Part shown: piece by piece, positions 17,746 to 26,498 of the stretch
Layout of the letters: each line of letters begins with the position of its first letter
How positions within the stretch are numbered: the first letter of the stretch is position 1
Assembly (NCBI GenBank): GCA_963745405.1
Contig: CAVUWY010000002.1
Span: 533,013-597,012, forward strand
DNA: 64,000 bases
Source of the DNA: an uncultured Chloroflexia bacterium
GTDB taxonomy: Bacteria; Chloroflexota; Limnocylindria; Limnocylindrales; CSP1-4
Reading direction: 5' to 3'
The notes under the pieces: generated by a model
Told to the model about the DNA's origin: nothing
The model's database searches: none
The model's input: only the letters and a program-made list of their open reading frames with translations
Translations under genes and position numbers: made by a program

Positions 17746-17961
17746 GGGCCTTGCGGCCCCTTTCGTGACCCCTACCCGTCGAGCGGGTGGTATGTCCTCC
17801 TCGTGTCCCCGAATGGCCGTCGGACGGATCGATCCACGCTCGACCGATACCTACGGGCAGGCCGGACGGCAGAAATCTGTGGCTAACACCCGTGTCATGG
17901 GTAGATGTCTCGGATACAGGCGTCCGGGAGCGGTACGACCCGCCAGGTGGGCATCCGTATG
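17746..17961. repeat. copy 2 of the ~220-nt noncoding element
   Basis: Hairpin GGGCC-ttgc-GGCCC (17746..17759), GTGACCCCTACCC (17765..17777), CCACGCTCGA block, CTAACACCCGTGTCATGGGTAGATGTCTCGGATAC (17883..), ...CCAGGTGGGCATCCGTATG. Orientation and length match copy 1. Confidence 0.7.
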
Positions 17962-18038
17962 GACGACGCGCGCGGAGGACGCGCCCGACAGCCGAACGCC
18001 CTTCATCGGCGATCGCCGCTGGCGTAGGCTTCGCGGCC

Positions 18039-19733
18039 ATGGAAAACCTGCTCGACATCCTCGACGGCGCGGTCGCGAAATGGGGCGACCGGCCGGCGCT
18101 CGGGCTGGTCCGGGATGACGGCAGCCACGCCGAATGGACGTACCGGGAGCTCGAGCGGCGGAGCCGGTTCGCAGCCTGGCGCCTCCATGCCCTCGGGCTG
18201 CGGCCGGGCGACCGCCTCCTCACCTGGGCGCCGTCGGCGCCGGAGCTGCCCGCCGTCTACTTCGGGGCGATCCGGGCCGGCCTCATCCTCGTGCCGCTGG
18301 ACCTGCGGATGGCACCCGATGCGATCGAGCGGATCGTCGAGAAGGCCCAGGCGCGATTCCTCGCCATCGGCACCGGCCGCGACGCCCCCGACCCACGGGA
18401 TGTCAGGCTCGACAAGTTCCCGACGGCCACCATCGACGCCCTGACGGCCGAGCCGGACGGGACGTTCGCCCGCGACTGGGCGGTCCAACTCGACCGCTGG
18501 GAACGACCCGAACGCCACCAGGTCTTCGAACTCGTCTTCACCTCCGGGACGACCGGCACGCCCAAGGGGGTGATGCTGAGCCACGCCAACGTGCTCTCGT
18601 CGATCGAGGCGATCCACCGGATCATCCCGCCGATCGAGCACCGCATCGTCTCGCTCCTGCCGCTCTCCCACCTCCTCGAGCAGGCGGTCGGCCTCTTCTA
18701 CGCGGTCGAGGTCGGGGCGGACATCCTCTACGTGCGGAGCCGCAACCCGCGGGTCATCTTCGAGGCCATCCGCAGCCACCGGACCACGTCGATGATCCTC
18801 GTGCCGCAGGTGCTCGACCTGTTCTGGACGGCGATCGAGCGCGAGGTGGACAAGACCGGCAAGGCGACATCGTTCCGCCGCCTGCGCGGCATCGCTCGGC
18901 ACCTCCCGATGGGAGCCCGCCGTTTCCTCTTCCGGCGCGTCCACCAGCAGTTCGGTGGCGGCCTGCGACTCCTCGTCTCGACCGCCGCCTTCCTGCCGCC
19001 CTCGCTGCAGCAGGCCTGGGAGGACCTCGGGGTCGTCGTGGTCCAGGGGTACGGCTCGACCGAATGCGGCTTCGCGACATGTACGACCCGCGAGGATCAC
19101 GGCCTGGGGACGGTGGGCCGGTCGGTACCGCCGGTCGAGGTGAAGCTCGCCGACGACGGCGAAGTCCTCGTCCGCGGCCCCAACGTGTTCAGCGGCTACT
19201 GGCATGACGAGGCGGCGACCAACGCCGCCTTCACCGCCGACGGCTGGTATCGGACCGGCGATATCGGCCGCTTCGACGACAGCCGGCGGCTCATCCTCAT
19301 GGGCCGGACCAAGGACATCATCGTCCTGCCCAACGGCTTCAACGTGTACCCCGAGGACATCGAGAACGAGCTCCGGATGGCCGGCATCCGCGACTCGGTC
19401 GTCATCGAGACACGGCCCGGCCGGATCGAGGCGATCGTCCTCGCCCCGGACATCCACGGCATCCCCCAGGGTGGCGACATCCCCGCCTCGTCACCGACCG
19501 ATCCGGCGGGGTCGCCGGGGCTCATCCGCGCCCGGATCGACGACTCGATCATCGTGGCCAACAAGAAGCTCGGGATCAATCAGCGGGTCGCCGGCTGGCG
19601 GCTCTGGCCGGAGGCCGACTTCCCGCGGACCCACACGCTCAAGGTCAAGCGCGACCAGATCCGGGCCTGGGCCAAGGTCGACCAGCCGCTGCCGACTCGC
19701 GAGGACGGGATCCCCGTGCCCAAGGACGGCTGA
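18039..19733 (+). CDS. AMP-dependent synthetase/ligase (long-chain acyl-CoA synthetase-like)
   Basis: ATG 18039 within ORF 17787..19733. MENLLDILDGAVAKWGDRPAL...FTSGTTGTPKGVMLSH...GYGSTE...WYRTGDIG...GRTKDIIV (adenylate-forming core motifs). Confidence 0.85.
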   Translation: MENLLDILDGAVAKWGDRPALGLVRDDGSHAEWTYRELERRSRFAAWRLHALGLRPGDRLLTWAPSAPELPAVYFGAIRAGLILVPLDLRMAPDAIERIVEKAQARFLAIGTGRDAPDPRDVRLDKFPTATIDALTAEPDGTFARDWAVQLDRWERPERHQVFELVFTSGTTGTPKGVMLSHANVLSSIEAIHRIIPPIEHRIVSLLPLSHLLEQAVGLFYAVEVGADILYVRSRNPRVIFEAIRSHRTTSMILVPQVLDLFWTAIEREVDKTGKATSFRRLRGIARHLPMGARRFLFRRVHQQFGGGLRLLVSTAAFLPPSLQQAWEDLGVVVVQGYGSTECGFATCTTREDHGLGTVGRSVPPVEVKLADDGEVLVRGPNVFSGYWHDEAATNAAFTADGWYRTGDIGRFDDSRRLILMGRTKDIIVLPNGFNVYPEDIENELRMAGIRDSVVIETRPGRIEAIVLAPDIHGIPQGGDIPASSPTDPAGSPGLIRARIDDSIIVANKKLGINQRVAGWRLWPEADFPRTHTLKVKRDQIRAWAKVDQPLPTREDGIPVPKDG

Positions 19734-19775
19734 GGCCAGGAGGCCTAGGCGCCGCCGATCCTCGACGGCGTTCCG

Positions 19776-20375
19776 TCAGCTCGGGACCTCGATGCCGGTC
19801 CCGACCGATCCGAGGCTCGTCGAGATCTTCGATTCGTTCGGGTCGCTGGCGTTGACCGGCGACCAGCTGTACGCGACGAGGGTCGTGTTGACCTGCCGGA
19901 TCACGTGCTGGGTGTCGGGCGGGAACTGGACCTTGCCGGGACCGCTCGCGTAGTAGGCCGCCAGGTCGGCTCCGGCGGCCGCTGCCGACGCCACGTCGCG
20001 GAACTCGTAGATCACGAGGTAGCCGTGCGACGGGTCGGCCGGCAGGACGACCTGGAAGACGGCTCTCGGGGTATCGAACAAGGTCGGTGGTTCCGGTGGG
20101 CGGAACGGTTGGGTCGCGTCGATGAGCTCGAGGTTCTGGGTGCCGAGCGCAGCGGCGACCTGGCGGCGCGTCTCGGCGATCGAGGTCGAGTAGGACGGCA
20201 CCGCGACGGTCGGCGTCGGCGGCACGCCGGCGGTCGAAGCCGCCAGTCCGCAGCCCTCGAGTGCCGCCCCGATGATGAACGCCCCGGCGAGGACGACGAC
20301 GGCCGCGGCCAGCCTCGTCCGCGTGTCCGACGGGACGGCCCTGACTCGTGCGGTACCGCGGCCGGGCGCCCTCAT
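19776..20375 (-). CDS. putative lipoprotein
   Basis: ATG 20375 (ATGA overlap with the HIT stop). MRAPGRGT...RLAAAVVVLAGAFIIGAALEGCGLAAS is a signal peptide with a lipobox-like LEGC. No recognisable domain. Confidence 0.6.
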   Translation of the reverse strand: MRAPGRGTARVRAVPSDTRTRLAAAVVVLAGAFIIGAALEGCGLAASTAGVPPTPTVAVPSYSTSIAETRRQVAAALGTQNLELIDATQPFRPPEPPTLFDTPRAVFQVVLPADPSHGYLVIYEFRDVASAAAAGADLAAYYASGPGKVQFPPDTQHVIRQVNTTLVAYSWSPVNASDPNESKISTSLGSVGTGIEVPS

Positions 20376-20746
20376 CCGGGCGGCCACTGGAACGGACGGC
20401 CGCCCATGAGATGGACGTGCAGGTGGTCGACCGTCTGGCCGCCCCATCGACCGACGTTGGAGACGAGTCGGTAGCCGCCGTCGGCGATGCCCTCGTCGCG
20501 GGCGATGGCGGCCGCGACCGCGAAGATCCGTCCGAGCAACGGGCCGTCCGCCTCGGTCAGGTCGGCCGCCGAGGCGATGTGCCGGCGCGGCACGATGAGG
20601 ATGTGGGTCGGAGCTCGCGGCGCGATGTCGCGGAAGGCGATCACCAGGTCGTCGGCGTGGACCTGGGTCGAGGGGATCCGCCCGGCCACGATCGCGCAGA
20701 AGAGGCAGTCGGCGACGGACGCCTCGGTCGGGGCCGCGTCGCTCAC
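20372..20746 (-). CDS. HIT-family (histidine triad) nucleotide hydrolase
   Basis: GTG 20746 (GTGA overlap with the upstream stop). CLFCAIVAGRIPS...AFRDIAPRAPTHILIVPRRH...GQTVDHLHVHLMGG (HxHxHxx motif). Confidence 0.9.
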   Translation of the reverse strand: MSDAAPTEASVADCLFCAIVAGRIPSTQVHADDLVIAFRDIAPRAPTHILIVPRRHIASAADLTEADGPLLGRIFAVAAAIARDEGIADGGYRLVSNVGRWGGQTVDHLHVHLMGGRPFQWPPG

Positions 20747-21195
20747 CACAGCATCGGCTTCGTGCTCATGAGCCAGCCGATCGCCCCGACGAGGAGCGCC
20801 ATCGCGTACGACACGTAGCGCTGCCGGCGCGCCCGCAGGCGCCACGTCTCGTCGTCGGCGGTCGAGCCTGGGCTGAGGAGCCGGCGGAGGTTCGGGCGCT
20901 GGATCGCGAAGGCGAGGACGAGGTCGAGGGCGTAGATCGTCAGGGCGATGAGGAGCCAGGGCTGCTCGACGACCCGCGTCCCGAGCGCGACCACGAGCAG
21001 GACACCGGTGATCGCGAGCCCCGCCCCGATGACGAGCGTCCCGCTGCCCTGGAGCCGGAGGAGCGCGGTCGTGACCCGCCCCGAGCCGTCGGCCGGGACG
21101 CCGGTCCGCAGACCGAACGGCAGGAGGAGCGACGGGAGGAAAAGGGCGATCGCGAGGCAGATGTGGACGGCCAGGATGATCGGCAGGAAGGACAT
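20743..21195 (-). CDS. small integral membrane protein (DUF2269-like)
   Basis: ORF 150 aa with four hydrophobic spans (MSFLPIILAVHICLAIALFLPSLLLPF...). Confidence 0.6.
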   Translation of the reverse strand: MSFLPIILAVHICLAIALFLPSLLLPFGLRTGVPADGSGRVTTALLRLQGSGTLVIGAGLAITGVLLVVALGTRVVEQPWLLIALTIYALDLVLAFAIQRPNLRRLLSPGSTADDETWRLRARRQRYVSYAMALLVGAIGWLMSTKPMLW

Positions 21196-21232
21196 CGGAG
21201 CCGATCGTAGCAGCGTCGGCCGGGAGCGGCCG

Positions 21233-22240
21233 TCAGGGCTCGCCGGCGCCCACCGCGGTCGCCGTCAGGGCGATCCACTCCCCTTCCGCGGCCCGGTCGA
21301 CCACGGTGAGGCCTACGGCATCGAATGCGGTGACGACGTCGGCTTCGCGGTCGACGAAGATCCCCGAGGCGATGAGCGCGCCGCCGGTCCGGACCTCGGC
21401 CGCCAGCGCCTCGGCGAGGCCGACGAGCAGCGACGCGATGAGGTTGGCGAGGACGACGTCGAACGGCGGGTCCCCGCTCGGGACGCTCCCCGCTCGGACG
21501 TCGATACGGCCGGCGAGCCGGTTCCGGGCGGCATTGGAGCGCGCCGCCGTCACCGCGATCGGGTCCGGATCGAGGCCGACGACAGCGTTCGCGCCGAGGA
21601 GCGCGGCAGCGATCGCCAGGATGCCCGATCCCGTCCCGACGTCGAGCACCCGCCCGAGTGGGGCCTTCGCGCCGCCCGAGCCTTGACCTCGCTCGTCGGC
21701 GACCCGTTCGAGGGCGGCGAGGCAGAGGCGCGTCGTCGGATGGAGCCCGGTCCCGAAGGCCATCCCCGGGTCGAGGGCGACGACGACGTCGCCCTCCCGC
21801 CGCCGATGGCGCCGCCAGGTCGGCCGGATGACGAGCCGGCGACCGACGCGGAGGACCGGGAAGTGGGCCTTCCAGGCCGTCGCCCAGTCGGCCTCCTGGA
21901 CGACCCGTGTCTCGAGCTCGCCGATCGGCCGCAGCCCGAACGCCTGGAGATGGCCGAGGGCGGTCGTCGCGGTCGCGATCGACGCCTCCACCACCCGCGG
22001 ATCGGACGCCGGGAGGTAGGCCCGGACGATCGCCGGCCTCGTCACGTCGATGGCCGCCGAGAGACCCTCGTCGACGAGGAGGAAGGCGGGTTCGACGCTG
22101 GTTCCGCCGGGCGCCACCCTCCCGAGGATCTCGCTGACCGCCTCGACCGCCTCGATGTCGGCCTGGACCGAGAGCTCGATCCAGGTGCCCTCGGCCGACG
22201 TCCCGTCCCGCTCGTCCTCGGGGGCCTCAGCCGAGGGCAT
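21233..22240 (-). CDS. prmA: ribosomal protein L11 methyltransferase
   Basis: WIELSVQADIEAVEAVSEIL...DPGMAFGTGLHPTTRLCL...VLDVGTGSGILAIAAALLGA...DVVLANL. The start is ATG 22240 or GTG 22264, and both overlap the end of dnaJ. Confidence 0.85.
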   Translation of the reverse strand: MPSAEAPEDERDGTSAEGTWIELSVQADIEAVEAVSEILGRVAPGGTSVEPAFLLVDEGLSAAIDVTRPAIVRAYLPASDPRVVEASIATATTALGHLQAFGLRPIGELETRVVQEADWATAWKAHFPVLRVGRRLVIRPTWRRHRRREGDVVVALDPGMAFGTGLHPTTRLCLAALERVADERGQGSGGAKAPLGRVLDVGTGSGILAIAAALLGANAVVGLDPDPIAVTAARSNAARNRLAGRIDVRAGSVPSGDPPFDVVLANLIASLLVGLAEALAAEVRTGGALIASGIFVDREADVVTAFDAVGLTVVDRAAEGEWIALTATAVGAGEP

Positions 22241-23351
22241 CGCGGACGCGATCGATGATCCCACCGTGCCCGGCCGGCCCGACCTCCTCGCCCGCCGCAG
22301 CCGCGTACGTCTCGAGGGCCGCCCGCTCCTCCTTGGTGAGCTTCGTCGGGACGGTCACCCGGACGAGCACGTGGAGGTCGCCGCGAGACGAGGCGCGGCG
22401 GAGGTGCGGCACGCCCTTGCCCCGCAGGCGCAGCTCGGTCCCCGGCTGGGTGCCCGGCTTGATCTCGATCTCGTCGTCGCCCTCGACGGTCGGGATGCGG
22501 AGGCGGGTCCCGAGGGCGGCCTGGGCGATCGAGACATCGAGCTCGTAGTAGAGCTCGGTGCCGTCGCGCTTCAACTCCGGGTGGGGCGCCACGTGGACCG
22601 CGACATAGAGGCTGCCCGCCGGCCCGCCACGCGGACCGGCCTCGCCCTCGCCGGAGAGGCGGACCTGGTGGCCCTCGTCGATACCGGCCGGGACGGTGAC
22701 CCGGATCTTGCGCCGATGCTCGACCCGTCCGTCGCCCTTGCAGGTCTCGCACGGCTGCTCGACGATCCGGCCCTCGCCGCGACAGCGGGGGCAGGCCGAG
22801 ACGTTGACCATCTGGCCGAGCATCGTCTGGCGGACCGTGCGGACCTCGCCGCGGCCGTTGCATTGCGGGCAGGTGGTGGCGCTCGTGCCCTCTTTCGCGC
22901 CGCTGCCGGAGCACGTCGGGCAGCGATCGAGGACCGGGAACTCGATGTCCTTCTCCGTCCCCGAGACCGCCTCGGCGAACGTGATGCGGAGGTCGTAGCG
23001 GAGGTCGCTCCCGGCCGGCGGCCGGCCGTGCCGGACGCCACCCCCGGCCGAGCCGCCGAAGAACGCGTCGAAGATGTCGCCGAAGTTGCCGAACCCGGCG
23101 CCGAAACCCGGGTCGCCGCCGGCCCCATTGACACCGGCCTTGCCGAACATGTCGTAGGCCTGGCGGCGCTGCGGGTCGGACAGCACCTGGTAGGCCTCGT
23201 TGATCTCCTTGAAGCGTCCGTCGGCGCCAGACTCGGTGTTGACGTCGGGATGCCAGCGCTGGGCGAGCTTGCGATACGAGCGCTTGATCTCCGCGTCGGT
23301 GGCCGTGCGGGTGACCTCGAGCACTTCGTAGTAATCGCGTTCCGTGACCAT
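22227..23351 (-). CDS. dnaJ: molecular chaperone DnaJ
   Basis: J domain DYYEVLEV...YRKLAQRWHPDVN, a G/F region, and four CxxCxGxG repeats (CPTCSGSG, CPQCNGRG, CPRCRGEG, CETCKGDG). Confidence 0.95.
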   Translation of the reverse strand: MVTERDYYEVLEVTRTATDAEIKRSYRKLAQRWHPDVNTESGADGRFKEINEAYQVLSDPQRRQAYDMFGKAGVNGAGGDPGFGAGFGNFGDIFDAFFGGSAGGGVRHGRPPAGSDLRYDLRITFAEAVSGTEKDIEFPVLDRCPTCSGSGAKEGTSATTCPQCNGRGEVRTVRQTMLGQMVNVSACPRCRGEGRIVEQPCETCKGDGRVEHRRKIRVTVPAGIDEGHQVRLSGEGEAGPRGGPAGSLYVAVHVAPHPELKRDGTELYYELDVSIAQAALGTRLRIPTVEGDDEIEIKPGTQPGTELRLRGKGVPHLRRASSRGDLHVLVRVTVPTKLTKEERAALETYAAAAGEEVGPAGHGGIIDRVRDALG

Positions 23352-23456
23352 CGTCCGGGAAGTCTACGAGAGGTCGAGCGCCGACGGTTCGACCCGATCA
23401 GGCGGCGAGGGCGCCGCCCCGGCTTTCTCTCGCGCACGGCGTAGCACCGCCTCCAG

Positions 23457-23503
23457 CATCGGCCCCGTCAGCCGGCCGGTGAAGGTGTTCTGCTGGCTCG
23501 GGT
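23457..23503. repeat. 47-nt exact duplicate of the uracil-DNA glycosylase 3' coding end (gene remnant)
   Basis: CATCGGCCCCGTCAGCCGGCCGGTGAAGGTGTTCTGCTGGCTCGGGT is identical to 24300..24346. On the minus strand it reads ...PSQQNTFTGRLTGPM, continuing LEAVLRRAREK... with diverged flanks. Confidence 0.9.
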
Positions 23504-23565
23504 CCTTCGGCAAGCTGCCATGTTTCCTGCCGTGACGCCTTCGAAGCGATGCTGCGCCTCGGGTT

Positions 23566-24123
23566 CTAGCTACCGGGGCAGTCGAACGGGCCCCCGATGA
23601 CGTCCATCGTGCCCTTGAGATGGATGACGCCGTCCGTACCCGTCACGTCGTTGTCGAGCGTCCACCCGCACGGGAGCTGGGTCCCACTGGCGTCCTTCAT
23701 ATGGACCTGCGCCCCCGTGCCCTTATATGAGCCCGAGTGGAGTTCCGGTGCGCCGCTCGTGAAGATGATCGTCCCGTCGGCTTGAACCGAGATGTTCCCG
23801 AACGTCCCTTTGTCGGAATTCATGGTGACGCCGCCGGTGGCGCCGATGTCCGCCGCGTTCCCAGGCTGCCAGGTCCAGGTCGCACTGTAGAGGCCGGAGC
23901 TGACTAGACTGCCCGTGACGGTGGCCCCTCCCGGCGAGCCGGCGACGCCGGTGCCTGTCGATGTGCCTGCGCCCCCAGCCCCAGAGCCCGCGCCTGACGC
24001 GGTCGAGCCGCCGTTCGCACCGGCGGACGGACTCGACCCACCGCTGCAGGCGCCGAGCCCGAACGCAAGGGCCAGGATGATGGCGGCGGACCGCCAGGCC
24101 GAAGCCCTGACCAGCCTGCGCAT
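23566..24123 (-). CDS. lipoprotein, Gly/Ser-rich linker plus beta-rich domain
   Basis: MRRLVRASAWRSAAIILALAFGLGACSGG (lipobox LGAC), a low-complexity G/S/A linker, and a C-terminus of ...GGPFDCPGS. Confidence 0.65.
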   Translation of the reverse strand: MRRLVRASAWRSAAIILALAFGLGACSGGSSPSAGANGGSTASGAGSGAGGAGTSTGTGVAGSPGGATVTGSLVSSGLYSATWTWQPGNAADIGATGGVTMNSDKGTFGNISVQADGTIIFTSGAPELHSGSYKGTGAQVHMKDASGTQLPCGWTLDNDVTGTDGVIHLKGTMDVIGGPFDCPGS

Positions 24124-24254
24124 TCTGATGCCCTCCCCTCGTCGCGAGCGGGGCCTCAGCGTGCTGGGAGAGGACGCGCCGCGGGCGAGGATCGTAGGCT
24201 CGGCGGGTCACCCGGTCAACGGGAGTCCATCGCACGCGGAAGGGAGCGACCCAC

Positions 24255-24944
24255 CTAGACCGAGGCGAGTGCGTTGGCTCGTCTGAAGACCACCTCGAAC
24301 ATCGGCCCCGTCAGCCGGCCGGTGAAGGTGTTCTGCTGGCTCGGGTGGTACGTGCCGAGGAGCGTGTACCGCCCGACGGCCGACTCGGCGCCGTGCCCGA
24401 ACCGAGGCCGCGGCGCGACGACATGGCCGCCCGCCGCCAGGACCCGGAGCGTCGCGTCCCAGGCAAAGGCTCCGAGCGGGACGATCACCCGGACATCGGC
24501 CAGCAGGGCCAGTTCCCGGGCGAGATAGGGCAGGCAGCGATCGCGCTCGTCGACCGTCGGCTTGTTGGCCGGCGGGGCGCAGCGGACGGCCGCCGCGACG
24601 TAGGCACCGCTGAGCCTCAGTCCGTCATCGGCTCGGACGGAGGCGGGACGGTCGGCGAAGCCCGTCGCGTGGAGGGCGGCCCACAGGAAGTCGCCCGAGC
24701 GGTCGCCGGTGAAGACCCGGCCGGTCCGGTTGCCGCCGTGGGCGGCCGGCGCGAGCCCGACGATGAGCACGCGCGCCGCCGGATCGCCGAAGCCGGGCAG
24801 CGGCCGGCCCCAGTACGTCTCGTCGGCGAATCGGGCGACCCGCTCCCGGGCGACGCGCTCGCGCCACGCGACGAGACGCGGGCACGCCCGGCAGGCGACG
24901 ATCTCCGCCCGCAGCGCGGCGAGGCCCGCATCCCGGGCGGCCAT
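24255..24944 (-). CDS. uracil-DNA glycosylase, family 4/5 (UdgB-like GLAPA motif)
   Basis: CRACPRL...VLIVGLAPAAHGGNRTGRVFTGDRSGDFL...PPANKPT...HPSQQNTFTGRL. GLAPA rather than GEAPG suggests family 5. Confidence 0.85.
   Translation of the reverse strand: MAARDAGLAALRAEIVACRACPRLVAWRERVARERVARFADETYWGRPLPGFGDPAARVLIVGLAPAAHGGNRTGRVFTGDRSGDFLWAALHATGFADRPASVRADDGLRLSGAYVAAAVRCAPPANKPTVDERDRCLPYLARELALLADVRVIVPLGAFAWDATLRVLAAGGHVVAPRPRFGHGAESAVGRYTLLGTYHPSQQNTFTGRLTGPMFEVVFRRANALASV
24300..24346. repeat. parental copy of the 47-nt duplicate (inside the UDG gene)
   Basis: Identical to 23457..23503, 843 nt away in direct orientation. Confidence 0.9.
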
Positions 24945-24986
24945 CGCGGGCGAGACCGGGGCCGCCCGGGGGCTGTCGGTCGGCAG

Positions 24987-25931
24987 CTACGCCGCCGGTG
25001 GCGGTGTCAGTCCCGGCGTCGCGGCGAGCACGGTCGAGATCGCCTGCACGGCACCGAGAAGCGCGGCGCTTTCCGCCGGGACCACGATCTTCGTGTTGGC
25101 GCTGTCGGCGAACCTGCCCAGTGTGTCGAGCTGGAGGATCGCGACGAGTGTCGGGCTCGGATTGGCAGCCGTGATGGCGCTGTAGACGGTCTGGATCGCC
25201 TGGGCCCGACCCTCGGCCTCGAGGATGGCGGCCTGGCGGTTGCCCTCGGCTCGGAGGATGGCTGCCTGCCGCTCGCCTTCGGCGCTCTTGATGGCGGCCT
25301 GGCGGGCTCCATCGGCGACGTTCACCGCCGACTGCTGGAGGCCCTCCGACTGGAGGATCTTGGCTCGCTTCTCCTGGTCGGCCTGCTTCTGCAGCGCGAG
25401 TGCCTGGAGGATCTGCGGCGGTGGGGTGATCTCGACGATCTCGATCCGGTTGATCCGGATGCCCCACTTGTCGGTGACCGCCTCCATCTGCTGCTGGACA
25501 TCGACGTTGATCCGCTCCCGCTCGGACAGCGCCTCGTCGAGCGACAGGGTCCCGATCACCGAGCGGAGGGCGGTCCGGGCGACCGCATCGATGGCGATGT
25601 CGAAGTTCGAAACGCTGAAGAGGGCCTGGCTGGCGTCGACGACCTGGGTGAAGATCGTCGCGTTGACAGCGACCACGACGTTGTCCTTGGTGATGACCTC
25701 CTGCCGGTCGCCCGGTCGGGGGATCTCCCGCATGTCGACCCGGACGAGCGACTGGTAGAACGGCACGATCAGGGCGAGGCCCGGGTTGTGGATCGACTTG
25801 AACTCGCCGAGCGTCTTGACGACCCCGACATAGCCCTGCTGGATGACGTTCGCCGCCTGGCCCATGAAAGCGATGATCACGATGAAGACGACGACCGCGA
25901 TGAGGATCCCGGCGAGCACGCCACTATCCAT
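24987..25931 (-). CDS. SPFH/band-7 (stomatin-like) protein
   Basis: An N-terminal TM, then VVKTLGEFKSIHNPGLALIVPFYQSLVRVDMRE...TKDNVVVAVNATIF..., followed by a coiled-coil Ala/Gln-rich region. Confidence 0.9.
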   Translation of the reverse strand: MDSGVLAGILIAVVVFIVIIAFMGQAANVIQQGYVGVVKTLGEFKSIHNPGLALIVPFYQSLVRVDMREIPRPGDRQEVITKDNVVVAVNATIFTQVVDASQALFSVSNFDIAIDAVARTALRSVIGTLSLDEALSERERINVDVQQQMEAVTDKWGIRINRIEIVEITPPPQILQALALQKQADQEKRAKILQSEGLQQSAVNVADGARQAAIKSAEGERQAAILRAEGNRQAAILEAEGRAQAIQTVYSAITAANPSPTLVAILQLDTLGRFADSANTKIVVPAESAALLGAVQAISTVLAATPGLTPPPAA

Positions 25932-26448
25932 TGCCGACCCCGCTGTCCATGGCCGAACCGCCCTCCATCGCCGTGCCGCCCCGGTCGAACGGCGCCGAGT
26001 GTTCGAGTGGTCGCACGAGGAGCGTCGTGCCGCGTAGCGCGATGACGTTCACCGCCAGGTCCGCCTCGAGCGGCGTGTTGTTGTCGGTCACGGCGAGCCA
26101 GCGCTCGCCGGCGAGGATCACGTGGCCCGGGTGGTGCTCGTCGCCGACGAGGTCGGCGGTCAGGGCCTCCTCCCCGACGATCCCGCCGTGGACGCCGCGT
26201 GACACGACCCCACCGGTGCTCTTGAGGAAGGTCCGACTTGCGATCGGCCGGAGGGCGAAGAGGCCGACGACCGAGACGATGGCGGCGAGGGCCGCCTGGG
26301 CCCAGATAGGGCTGTCCGGGACGAGGAAGGCGAGGAGGGCGGCGGCGAACGACCCGAGGGCGAGGAAGACGGAGTAGAACGACGCCGCGTGCAGCTCCAC
26401 GGCCAGGAGGATGAAACCCGCCAGGACCCAGAAGACCACGAGCTCCAT
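25924..26448 (-). CDS. NfeD-family membrane protein
   Basis: Hydrophobic N-terminal half plus a C-terminal OB-like domain (GHVILAGERWLAV...VIALRGTTLLVRP). There is an 8-nt overlap with the downstream SPFH gene, which is the classic NfeD-stomatin pair. Confidence 0.8.
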   Translation of the reverse strand: MELVVFWVLAGFILLAVELHAASFYSVFLALGSFAAALLAFLVPDSPIWAQAALAAIVSVVGLFALRPIASRTFLKSTGGVVSRGVHGGIVGEEALTADLVGDEHHPGHVILAGERWLAVTDNNTPLEADLAVNVIALRGTTLLVRPLEHSAPFDRGGTAMEGGSAMDSGVGNG

Positions 26449-26498
26449 GTGGTGAGTGTACGTCCGGTCGCGGCGTCCGGCGGGGACGCCCGGAGACG

